DNA from: Strigamia acuminata | Lineage: Eukaryota | NCBI GenBank assembly: GCA_949358305.1 | Contig: OX442314.1 | Location: 2,976,001 to 3,040,000, forward strand | DNA length: 64,000 nt | Direction: 5' to 3' | Shown: positions 36,004-48,070 of the stretch, one piece after another | How the letters are laid out: every line of letters starts with the position of its first letter | Position numbering within the stretch: the stretch's first letter is position 1 | Position numbers and translations under genes: made by a program | The notes under the pieces: model-generated | What the model saw: the letters and a program-made list of their open reading frames with translations, nothing else | Database searches by the model: none | What the model was told of the DNA's origin: nothing

Positions 36004-36540
36004 TCATTCCTTCTCAATCCGAATCGGACTACAACGATAATCCAACGATGATCCAACATCGTCGTCAGCTTTCACATCCACTTCATATTCAATTATCTCG
36101 CAGTCGGAATCTGAATCCGACAGGATAAGCGGAACGAAGCATCGCCTTTTCTTTCTCGCCACAGAACGGCGCGTCATTGGTTGAGCGCCGTGCGAACTCG
36201 ACGGTCGTCGAACGAAGTATTCGGAGAGAAATATAGCGTCGGGTTTCCTCGTTTTCCGAGGAGTTTTCTCAATCGTCCGTGTTTTAATGTCTCGATTGTT
36301 CGCAGGCATCGTTTTGAAGAAACCGGCGATGGACGACTGAACGAGTCGGGGCACGTCCTGCGAATCCATCGGGTGACCTCGAGAGAAGATAATTATTTAA
36401 TTTCGTCGTGTTTTTTTTTTTTTTAATTAATTCTTCTTACCCGAGTCGTTATTAATGTAATTCGTGAGTTCCCCGCTGAATAATCGCTCGATTTCTTGAA
36501 ATTTCGGCGCTGAAGCCTCGTCTTCGTGGAAACTCTGCAT
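36004..36540 (-). CDS. Uncharacterised ~157-aa protein with PIP-box-like motif (exons 36441-36540, 36004-36377)
   Basis: ATG 36540, gtaag donor and phase-consistent acceptor. QSSIAGFF, basic RKKRR and acidic SDSDSDCEIIE segments. Confidence 0.6.
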
Positions 36541-36761
36541 GTCCAAGTTTATGTTTTGCGCCAAAATAGGCGAGAAGAAAGGACCGCAGTTGCACTAGCG
36601 CCTCGCCTCGGCGGTGAGAGAAAACAAACAGCCTTTGCCAGAATCATCATTCATCACAAATAGAAACCAAAATTAGAAATATCAGTTGTTTTAGAAATGG
36701 ATTTTTTAATCGATCTTCATTTGTGCTCGCCGATTAATTCCATGAAATTATTGTCCAATAA

Positions 36762-37020
36762 TCAATGAAACTGATGGAAAAATTACGAAAAATCAATGCA
36801 ACTGATGGAAAAATTACGAAAAATTAATGAAACTGATGGAAAAATCACGAAAAATCAATGCAACTGATGGAAAAATTACGAAAAATTAATGAAACTGATG
36901 GAAAAATCACGAAAAATCAATGAAACTGATGGAAAAATTACGAAAAATTAATGAAACTGATGGAAAAATTACGAAAAATCAATGAAACTGATGGAAAAAT
37001 TACGAAAAATCAACAAAATT
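36762..37020. repeat. 30-bp minisatellite (atcaatgaaactgatggaaaaattacgaaa)
   Basis: About eight tandem copies. Confidence 0.9.
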
Positions 37021-37490
37021 GATGAACCAAGCAATTTGGCATCCATTTTAGTTTAATTTGCCGACAAATGGAGTCTCAGGAAACAACTACTGAGCATCGA
37101 TTATCCGAACGTCGGCAGTGTTGTGTCGAATGCGAATTAATAGTTCGCGTTCGTGAAGTGAACGAGAAAAATAAACTTCATTCACTTCACCTGGCGTTTT
37201 TATCATCAAAACGTTCATTCCCAATCACTTTTTATGACAAAAACAGCTTTTTTCGTCATACACAGCGATGAAAATTGAAAACGACTGCTTTACTAAAAAA
37301 AAAATGTTTTTTTCATCTGAAATTCACAAAATGTATAAAAAATGATGTTAATTTTTTTTTTACAAATTCAAAAAAGTGAACGTGAAGTATTTACGACGCT
37401 TGCATCATCATCATTTTCGCTTTATTATCATCATCTGCATTATAAATACTCGTAAAAAAACAATCAACAAAAAAAAGACAAAAAATGCAT

Positions 37491-38091
<601 letters not shown>

Positions 38092-38254
38092 TTCACATCG
38101 CACGAACGACAGACAGACACAGACACACAAACCGGAAACGCAGGATAATTTTAAAAATCGCGCGCATCGCCATCTACCGACGAAATTCGAAAATAAAAAA
38201 CTTGAAAATACATTTTTAGGGTTAAATATATTTTTATTTTTATTGCGTATCATT

Positions 38255-41200
38255 TTATCCGGCTTTTATTATCTCCAAAACAGCTTCTAAAACTAACACG
38301 ACGGCCGTGGCACCGGCGTCCTGTTGGCCGAGGAAATCTGCGCCCACGTAACTCGCCCGTCCGGCTTTGGCTTTCATGCCGGCCGTCTGCTTGCACGCCT
38401 CGCGCGCCTCGGCCACCGCTTCGGTGAGGGCGGCGAGTGGACGTGATCCGACGTCGAGTTGCGCCCGCAACATCTGGAAGGCAGCCGACAGCGGATCTAT
38501 CTGTTTTGGAAATTTTTAAATTATTTAAAATCAATCAATTAACGTTTTCCTCTCGTTATACACCGGTGCACTATCGGCAGAAATTCGGTAATTCAATTTT
38601 TCAGCAGAGGATTCAATTTTTCTGCGAGAATTCAGTTTTTCAACCGAGAATTCAATTTTTCAGCAGAGAATTAAATTTTTCAGCAGAGAATTAAATTTTT
38701 CAGCAGAGAATTGAACTTTTCGGCCGAGAATTTAATTTTTCGGTCAACAAATCAACTTTTCAGCCGATAATTCAATTTTTCATCCGATAATTCAACTTTT
38801 CGGCCATTAAATCAACTTTTCATCCGATAATTCAATTTTTCAGCCGATAATTCAATTTTTCGGCCAATAATTCAATTTTTCAGCCGATAATTCAATTTTT
38901 CAGCTGAGAATTCAATTTTTCAGCCGATAATTCAATTTTTCGGCCAATAATTCAATTTTTTATCCGATAATTCAATTTTTCGGCCATTAAATCAACTTTT
39001 CAGCCGATAATTTAATTTTTCAGCCGAGAATTCAATTTTTCGGCCAATAATTCAATTTTTCGGCCAACAAATCAACTTTTCAGCGGATAATTCAATTTTT
39101 CAGCCGATAATTCAATTTTTCAGCTGAGAATTCAATTTTTCGGCCGAGAATTCAATTTTTCGGCCAACAAATCAACTTTTCAGCCCAAAAATCAACTTTT
39201 CAGCCCAAAAATCAATTTTTCAGCCAACAAATCAATTTTTCAGCCCAAAAATCAATTTTTCAGCCAAAAAATCAATTTTTCAGCCAAAAAATCAATTTTT
39301 CAGCCAAAAAATCAATTTTTCAGCCAAAAAAAATCAATTTTTCAGCCAAAAAATCAATTTTTAGCCAAAAAAATCAATTCTCCAGCCAAAGAAATACAGT
39401 ACATAATTAATCAATCAATCAATCAATCACCATGGTGCGATCGCCGGGCGCCGCGCCACCATACAGACAGATGCTGTTGGTGCCCGCCTCCATCGCGTTG
39501 CACCAGTCGCCGGGGGTGAGGCTGGTCGACACCGCGCCGGCCGCCGAAGTGAAGAAAATGCTGAGCAAACCACCCGAGCATCCGCCAATCGTGTCGGCCA
39601 GAGTCGTTCCAATCTGCAGGAAAACATCCATCGGATACATACAGCTCTCATCTTCCAACAGAAGGAGCACGGCTGAAAAGACAAAAAAATTTTATAAAAA
39701 TTTAAAATTAAAAATTAAAAATTAAGAAATGTAAAAATTAATTTAAAAAATTAAAATTTAAAAAATGTGAAAATAAATTTAAAAAATTCGCCGGACCCGC
39801 CGCGCCTTTCTTGAGCGTAGTCCCGCAGTCGCCGTCGCCGCATCCGGTGTCGAGGAAATTCAGTTTGGCTTCGTTCGTTTCGAGCACGTCGCACGCATGC
39901 GCGATGCATTTGCGCATTAGATCCGCGTCGGCTGTGACGAAATTTTGGAAAATCAAACGGAAATGTATATTTTTAATGTCTGTTCTTTCGCTTTACTCAG
40001 TTTTAACGTGGCCGTCGAAACACCGTGGGCGTGTTGCGAATTTAGCACGGTCACTGGGTCGACGAAAAGCCGCGTATCGGCGGTGATGTGCCCGGATCCC
40101 AGCTGCTGCCACGCGGGTGCCCTGGTCGGCGCATCTGCAATCGATTCATCGCAATCGGTTAGTTAATCAATTAATTTAGTCAGAATTTAGTCCCGCGCCA
40201 ATCAGGGCCGGATTAAGGAAGTAGTAGGCCCACTGGTGTTAATTGCAAGCCTCAAATGCATTTTTTTAAAAACAAGAATGCATGTTTTTGTCCATAAATG
40301 CATTTTATTTCACCAGAAAATGCATGGGTGTCTATGAAAATGCATGGCTGTGCATGAAAATGCATGGCTGTGCATGAAAATGCATGAAAATGCATGAAAA
40401 TGCATGGCTGTGCATAAAAATGCATGGTTTTGCATGAAAATGCATGGTTGTGCATGAAAATGCATGGTTGTGCATGAAAATGCATGGCTGTGCATGAAAA
40501 TGCACGGCTGTGCATGAAAATGCACGACTGTGCATGAAAATGCACGGCTGTGCATGAAGATGCATGGCTGTGCATGAAAATGCATGGCTGTGCATGAAAA
40601 TGCATGAAAATGCAATTTTTCAGCTAAAAATGAATTTATTTCCCATAATTTATTTTTCTGCCTACAAAATGCAATCTTTCTGCCTGTAAATGCAACTTTC
40701 CTGCCTGCAAATTCAATTTTTCAGCCCAAAATAAAATTATTGCCCAAAAAAATGCATTTTTCTGCCTGCAGTTTCAATTTTTCTGCCTGCAAATGCAATT
40801 TTTCTGCCTGCAAATACAATTTTTAAGCCCAAAACGAAATTATTTCCCAAAAAAATGCATTTTTCTGCCTGCAAATTCAATTTTTCTGCCTGCAAATTCA
40901 ATTTTTCAGCCCAAAATAAAATTATTGCCCAAAAAAATGCATTTTTCTGCCTGCAAATTCAATTTTTCTGCCTGCAAATTCAATTTTTCTGCCTGCAAAT
41001 TCAATTTTTCTGCCTGTCAATGCAATTTTTCTGCCTGCAAATACAATTTCTCAGCCCAAAATGAAATTATTGCCCAAAAAAATGCATTTTTATGCCTGCA
41101 AATGCAATTTTTCTGCCTGCAAATACAATTTTTAAGCCCAAAACGAAATTATTTCCCAAAAAAAATGCATTTTTCTGCCTGCAAATTCAATTTTTCTGCC

Positions 41201-42155
41201 TGCAAATTCAATTTTTCTGCCTGTCAATGCAATTTTTCTGCCTGCAAATACAATTTCTCAGCCCAAAATGAAATTATTGCCCAAAAAAATGCATTTTTCT
41301 GCCTGCAAATTCAATTTTTCTGCCTGCAAATTCAATTTTTCTGCCTGCAAATTCAATTTTTCTGCCTGCAAATTCAATTTTTCTGCCTGCAAATTCAATT
41401 TTCCTGCCTGCAAATACAATTTTTCAGCCCAAAACGAAATTATTGCCCAAAAAATGCATTTTTCTGCCTGCAAATGCATTTTTTTTTAGCTTACTTCTCA
41501 ATATTCATAGCAGAGGTAAAATTCAGGTGTGGGGGGGGGGGGCCCCTTCTCACAGCTCTTTTTGGGGCCCTAATTAAATTCAATTTTCGGCAAAACGGGA
41601 ATTTTCTTTTCGGCGAAACGGGATTCGGCGAAACAGGACATTACCCCATCCACGGGACCCCCCCCCCCTTTCATAACTACTCAGAGCCCCCTTAAGCCTT
41701 AATCCATCCCTTGAAGAAATGCGAGTTAATACCCAAACACTGCAACAGGAAAGGCGTCACTTGCAAAATAGTGATACTGAACCCTCCCGTTTCCAAAGAC
41801 GTTTGCATAGTTCCCACGTAGCAGCGCTCCACCTTCAACTCCATCGTGTGCGCTGCAAATACAAAATGGAAGTCAATCTACCGATCCGTCCGCCATAACC
41901 AACCAACTGACTCAAATACGCATGCGTGTCAAACGCCACTATGTTCATTTCGAGCTGCGTCGCGCCGCCCAAATTGTTCACCAAAACGGCCACGCAATCA
42001 CCTACGTGCACCTACGTCAATCATTATTGTTTCTCTCTTTAAAAACCCCTTTTCTGCCAATACCCTTCTTCAAGTCGAGACGGGATGCCGACTCCGGATT
42101 GGTCATGTGTTTCATCATCGTTTCCACCAGCGCTTCGGACGACCGGATCTGAAAA

Positions 42156-42194
<39 letters not shown>

Positions 42195-43440
42195 ATGAAT
42201 AAATGAGTATATCCGGTCATTATTTGCGGGAATACGGTAAAAAAAAGCCGTTACTTTGATGCGTTTTACGCCGACTTCGCCGTGAATTCCTAGACCCAAA
42301 TCGAATTCGTCCGCGCCGAGTTGAAACAACGGCGCTGCAGCACCCGGTAAACTGCACGGACTGTGACACACGCCCATGGTTCCTGTATTTTTATTTATTT
42401 TATTTCGTTTTTATTTTATTTTTTAGCGTGTCATCACCCATATTTCTCATGGCACCGTTCAACGCGTCCACGATGTCCGTCAAATTTTGTCCATCGGTGG
42501 CCATTGCACCTGCCAACTAAAATAAAAATTCCATTTATTGATTTGACCGTTGTTATCGCCATCTGTTGGCGAATTAAACTAAAATGGATGCCAACATGCC
42601 CACTTAAACACTAAATTCGTTTCGTTTGATACGAAAAAGGCTTGGATAAATTCTGAAATTAATCCTATTACATAGAGAATTTAATTCTCTACAAAACTCT
42701 ACGTTTGTTTTTGCATTTTCTCAAGTAAAACTACTTATTCTTTGCATTTTTCAATATAAATGTGCGATAGAAGCACACTCTGACGGCGATTTTTCGCACC
42801 TTCACCCAAAAAACTTAATTAAAATAAAATATTTACTTGTTTTCATCTTAAAACGTACTTTCTGCATGAAAATCATGCCGCACAAACCACGTCGTCCCAC
42901 GCCCTTGATGACCGACAACGGAGCGCAATCCTCGCCCACGACGATCATCTCGGCGCGGTGGCCTTCGAGCCGCGCACGCTCTAGCGCGTGGCCAAACGTG
43001 AGTCTGTCGCCCGTGTAATTCGGCACCAGCATGAGCAATCCTCCCGAGTTTCCTGTCGCCATGAGTCGGGCGGCCGCTAGAATATTGGACGAGGTGGGCG
43101 AAGTAAAAATCGCGCCCGACACGGCGCCCGTCAACATTCCTTTCCCGACGAAACCTGAAATTAAAAATCCAAAAAAAAAAAATTAAACTCAAAATTAAAT
43201 TTTTAAAACACCATACGGTAGTCTCGCGGTACCCGAAGCAAACGGCTCGTGTCCCGCGCCGCCTCCCGACAGTATCGCCACTCGGCCTTCGCGCTTCATC
43301 GATTCCAGGTCGTCGCGGATTATCACGTTGTGCTCTCTCATCAGTTTGACGCCGGGATGTAACTTGGCGTATCCCAGCAGATTATCCTCTACGCACGATT
43401 CCACCGACCGCGTAAACTTCTTGCCTATCGCCGCACTCAT
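38255..43440 (-). CDS. TKFC: Triokinase/FMN cyclase (dihydroxyacetone kinase), multi-exon
   Basis: DhaK motifs [35 protein letters not shown]; DhaL motifs GDGDCG, GGCSG, GDRTM, GRASY, DAGA. Confidence 0.93.
38590..39390. repeat. 20-bp minisatellite (ttcaatttttcagccgataa)
   Basis: Fills the last TKFC intron. Confidence 0.92.
40315..41480. repeat. 20-bp (tgcatgaaaatgcatggctg) and 21-bp (ttcaatttttctgcctgcaaa) minisatellites
   Basis: Two adjacent arrays in one TKFC intron. Confidence 0.92.
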
Positions 43441-43536
43441 TTTCACTCATCCCGATAACAAAGCACGTGGTCGGCCGCATATTCCGACTTGTGACGTCAC
43501 ACGTCGCGATCCAACCGATCCAACCGATTGAACACT
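43441..43536. promoter_or_regulatory. Bidirectional promoter TKFC/MRPS10 with CRE palindrome and E-box
   Basis: 96 bp between divergent ATGs; TGTGACGTCACA at 43490-43501, CACGTG at 43464-43469. Confidence 0.6.
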
Positions 43537-44181
43537 ATGTTGTGCAGAAAGCGAGTTTTCGACGTTCTCGTCAAATCCAGGACGTGCCCGCTCGTAATTA
43601 TTGAATTAATATATTAATTAATAGTGTTTTTAATGTGAAATCATTAGTTGAATCGATGCGAATCTCATGACGCCGCGAAACGAGAAGACGTTGACGACGC
43701 GCTGTACTCGATGATCGAGCTGGAAACGAGAGGCCACGACCCGGATGTGCTCAAGAGCTATGATTGGTTCCTGAACGAAGCGGCGAAGGGATTGCACATC
43801 AAGATCGGCGAGAGGTTCGAATTGAAATTTATATGTTTATTTAAAATTTAAAATGGTTTTCAACAGCCGAGTGCCGAAGAAATTGATGGAACGAATGTCG
43901 ATACTGAAATCGGCTTTCGTGCACAAGAAACATTTCGCGCAGTACGAAATTCGTACGCATTTTAGGACTTTAGAGTTGAAGAATTTGACCGGGTCGACCG
44001 CCGACACGTACATCGAGTACGTCGAGAGGAATTTACCGGAAGGCGTCGCTATGAAAATAACCAAAGTATTAACACTTAATTTTTTTTTTTTTATTAATTA
44101 ATTGATTTGTTTATTTATTTATAGCACGCCATCGAACGTCTGCCTGATTATATTAAAAAGACAAAAACAAAAACTCTGTAA
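43537..44181 (+). CDS. MRPS10: Mitochondrial ribosomal protein S10 (4 exons)
   Basis: [11 protein letters not shown]...[19 protein letters not shown]...[24 protein letters not shown]-terminal Arg-rich presequence-like exon. Confidence 0.9.
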
Positions 44182-44263
44182 ATTAAAGTAAATAAAAATA
44201 TTAAATCGATGTTTGTGTGTTATTTATTATTGGATCGCTCGCCAGATGTCGCTCTGAAACAAA

Positions 44264-46143
44264 ATGGAAGCCGAATCCAGATCGTGAGCGAAAAAATTCA
44301 AAACTCGAAAAACTCCGTGTGATTTATTATCTCTTATAGAATGCACTTAACCAAACTGAAGAGACAGTGGACAAACGTCTGCCAAATGGAAAAAAACAAC
44401 CGAACAAGAAAAGAAAAACTGCTCCAAAGCTTAACCGAAGCCGAACGAGCGGCGGCCGAATCGCAATCGCGAATCGACGAATTAAAACAAATAAAAGTGG
44501 AATAAAAATATTTAAAAAAAACACAAAAAACATAAAATAAATAAATAAAAATTAACTATTTTCCCAGGACCGTTACAAGCAATACGTGACCGAGACGTGG
44601 CCCGCGCTGCGACGAGAATCCCGTCCGAAAACGCGTGAACCCGACGTTACGACGTCGCCGTCTCGCGGGGCTCTCGAACTGCGACTGGCGAATTCGTCCA
44701 AACCGATGGAACGAAAAGCAAACTTGAGCACGGCGCACCAGCAAGTGGTCAGTTATGGTCGTTCGGACGAGCAGGAGACGAAAAATGTGGTCGAGAGCGA
44801 GGCGTACGATAAAATCGTGCGCACGAGCGCCGCAGTTGCGGCCGTCGGTCGCGACGGGAGCAGCGACGAGGACGGGACGGACGTGGAGAAACAAATGGCC
44901 GCGTTTGTGGCGGATTCAGGGGCGAAATCGTTCGTCACTGACCCGAAAATGTAAATTTGCGTTATTTAATAATTTAATTCGCGTGATCACTCGCCGGACC
45001 TTGAACCAATTGAAATAATCCGTTTCCACATTTCGTTCGGTTTAACCTTGATCTCGTTTTTTCTTTGCTATTTCATTCTTTCTTTCTTTACTTTTTTGAC
45101 AGAGCGAAAGAGGCAAACGAATCCAGTTCCGACGAATCGTCCTCCTCAAACGAAATCAAGTGAGGAGAAATTTTCAATTTTTTCGAAAAGCATTTTTTAA
45201 CGATTTTTTTTTTTTAAAACAGGGAAACCAAATCGATACAAAACAGGAAAAAATTATCGGGTAAATTTATTTATTTTATGTAAAACAGTTTTCGCTTATT
45301 TTCTGCTATTTTTGGATATTTTTGCATAGTTTCTGCTCTTTTTTGATAATTTTGCTTATTTTCTGCTGTATTTTGATATTTTTGCTTATTTTTTGCTGTT
45401 TTTTTTAATTTTTGCTTATTTTCTTCTGTTTTTTGATATTTTTGCTTATTTTCTGCTGTTTTTTGATATTTTTGCTTATTTTTTAGCTGTTTTTTCATAT
45501 TTTTGCTTATTTTCTGCTGTATATTGATATTTTTGCTTATTTTCTGCTGTTTTTTGATATTTTTGCTTATTTTTTAGCTGTTTTTTCATATTTTTGCTTA
45601 TTTTCTGCTGTATATTGATATTTTTGCTTATTTTCTGCTGTATATTGATATTTTTGCTTATTTTCTGCTGTATATTGATATTTTTGCTTATTTTCTGCTG
45701 TATATTGATATTTTTGCTTATTTTCTGCTGTTTTTTTATATTTTTGCTTATTTACTACGGTTTGTTGATATTTTTGCTTATTTACTATGGTTTTTTAATC
45801 TTTTTGCTTATTTTCTGCTGTATTTTGATATTTTTGCTTATTTTTGCTTATTTTCTGCTATATTTTGATATTTTTATTTATTTTCTGCTGTTTTCTGACA
45901 ATTTTAATCATTTTCTGTTGTTTTTATCTCGATTTTTCTTATTTTCTGCTGTTTTTATCTTGATTTTTCTTATTTTCTGCTGCTTAATGTTATTTCTTCT
46001 TATTTTCTGTTGTTTTCGTTTGCTTATTTTCTTATTTCCTAGCCCTCCACTTGGGTCTGGACTCAGATTCGGACGAACCGGTCTCCACAAGCAAAAAGAA
46101 ACCCACCAGCGACAAAGACGACGATTTCGCCTTTTTCGACTAA
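44264..46143 (+). CDS. KIZ: Kizuna-like centrosomal protein (6 exons)
   Basis: Six phase-consistent GT-AG exons. N-terminal TKLKRQWTNVCQMEKNNRTRKEKLL...LKQIKDRY resembles the kizuna N-terminal block, and the protein ends DDDFAFFD like kizuna's acidic/aromatic C-terminus. Confidence 0.55.
45290..46030. repeat. 30-bp minisatellite (ttttctgctgtatattgatatttttgctta)
   Basis: Kizuna-like last intron. Confidence 0.92.
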
Positions 46144-46419
46144 ATAAAAAACTCAAAACTCGTTTCCCTTTTTTTTCCCCTCAAAACAACTTGAATTTCC
46201 GCCCTCGAGCTCCGCCCGACACAAATCCCAACCACCAAGAGGAAGCAAAACCAACGAGAGAGCAAACACCAAAAATCTTTTCCCCGAGTTCAATAACACA
46301 TCCTTGAGTTTCTTTATCGATCGACCTCCACAACCCAAGGCCGCTCCTACGAGGCTCCCAACAGGTCACTTCCCCACCAAATTCCCTCACGACGCTTCAC
46401 CGCAAACACCTTCCGTTTC

Positions 46420-48070
46420 ATGGTAAAAACATGCTCCAATTTAACCCTTTTTTATTTTTTATTTTTAAGTTACGGTATTTTATCGATTAAGAGCCGCGGC
46501 TCTTATTCAAAACTGCCATTTTTGTCAGCAATTACAATTACATTTGTTTAATGTAACTAACGAAGTCTGAACGTCAGGAACGAAGTATACGTTCATCGTT
46601 TGTGAGGTTAAATACGGAAACAATACCGTACTTTTGCAAAAATACGGTATTCTATTGTCTCAGCCGGGGCTACTATTCGAGGGCGACTCTTAATCGGTAA
46701 AATACGGTATTCTGAACGAGATGCTGTCTGTGACATCAAAAACAGCCAAAAACCATCACCGAAAACCAAAACTACGGTTTGAGTGGTTTATGAATCGGTT
46801 TACGCCGGCTTTTGGTTCTTTTTACAACCGAATTTGAAATGGCCGCCTCGAAAGTTAGATCGACGGATCAAACTTTCAAGTGTCGTAAACACTTTCAGGC
46901 GAAGCATCCACCTCCCAAAATGTGAGTAAATGCTAATTTATGCTTAAATAAGAGCCACGGTTATGCATAAACCAAAGCTTTGAACGCACCTATTGTTTTT
47001 CATGACACATCTCGTTTGATATCTCTGAGCCAAAAATTGGCTGTTTTGTACTAAAATTGGCTTTTTTGGCCAAAATTTGGCTGTTTTTGGCCCAAAATTG
47101 GCTTTTTGGGCCAAAAATTGGCTGTTTTGTACCAAAACTGGCTTTTTGGGCCAAAAATTTGCTGATTTGGACCATAAGTTTGCTGTTTTGTACCAAAATT
47201 GGCTTTTTGGGCCAAAAATTGGCTGTTTTGTACCAAAACTGGCTTTTTGGGCCAAAAATTTGCTGATTTGGACCATAAGTTTGCTGTTTTGTACCAAAAT
47301 TGGCTTTTTGGGCCAAAAATTGGCTGTTTTGGGCCATAAATTTGCTGCTTCGGACCATAAATTTGCTGTTTTGTACCAAAATTGGCTGTTTTGTACTAAA
47401 ATTGGCTTTTTAGGGCCATAAATTGGCTGTTTTGGACCATAAATTGGTTGTTTTGGGCCAAAAATTTGCTGCTTCGGACCATAAATTGGCTGTTTTGTAC
47501 AAAAATTGGCTTTTTGTGCTGAAATTTGGCTGTTTTGGTCTCGGATTGAATATTTTGGGTCTAAATTTGAATTTTTGGTCACACCCTGGATCGGCCGCAG
47601 TACACGTGATTTAGTCAAAACATAATCGGCTGCAAAACTTAATTTAGTACGAAAATAAATACTAAAGATGAGAGAATTACAATTTACAAGTCAAGAAGTT
47701 TAACCTCTACTGTATTTTTTTTTAATCTGAAGTAATTTAATTTATTTTAATCTAATTTGCACAGGTGACCCTGTGGTGGTTGCTGCTTTCGTCGCTCTTG
47801 TTTTTCGTCCTTCGATGCGATCTCGCGACGACATCGACGTCGAATCACCCCGGTCTGTACCGTTGCATCCAAAACTGCGCCCAGTGCGTGCAATTGTGGC
47901 AGCGCGGACTTTACAAGGGCAAGAAATGCGCGAATGCTTGTCTGCGGCACCGAGGACGGCGCGTGGTCGACCCCGAGTGCAGCAATCCGCGAATGTTCAA
48001 CTTTAGTCATCGCACGATCCACATGCCGCGCAAAAAGAATTCCGTCAATCGTCGTCGTCTTGCCGCTTGA
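46420..48070 (+). CDS. Eclosion hormone-like neuropeptide precursor (main exon 47765-48070; putative ATG-only exon end 46420-46422)
   Basis: Signal peptide plus six-Cys pattern CIQNCAQC...YKGKKCANAC...DPEC typical of eclosion hormone; start codon placement is inferred. Confidence 0.78.
46473..46707. mobile_element. Tc1/pogo-type MITE
   Basis: TA-flanked TIRs gtattttaycgattaagagycgc; related sequence in the SPRTN intron (33690-33735, 34530-34660). Confidence 0.7.
47030..47560. repeat. ~21-bp-based minisatellite (ccaaaaattggctgttttgta)
   Basis: Tandem variants upstream of the eclosion hormone exon. Confidence 0.88.

Noticed and set aside
40252..41695. Long repetitive ORFs (also 45594-46307, 46944-47618, 52668-53674, 60535-61316, 62743-63144)
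   Set aside because: Stop-free frames through intronic minisatellites; flanking exons splice around them in phase.
46838..46921. ATG-initiated candidate first exon for the eclosion-hormone-like gene
   Set aside because: Its phase-2 donor would give ATG TGA when joined to the 47765 acceptor.
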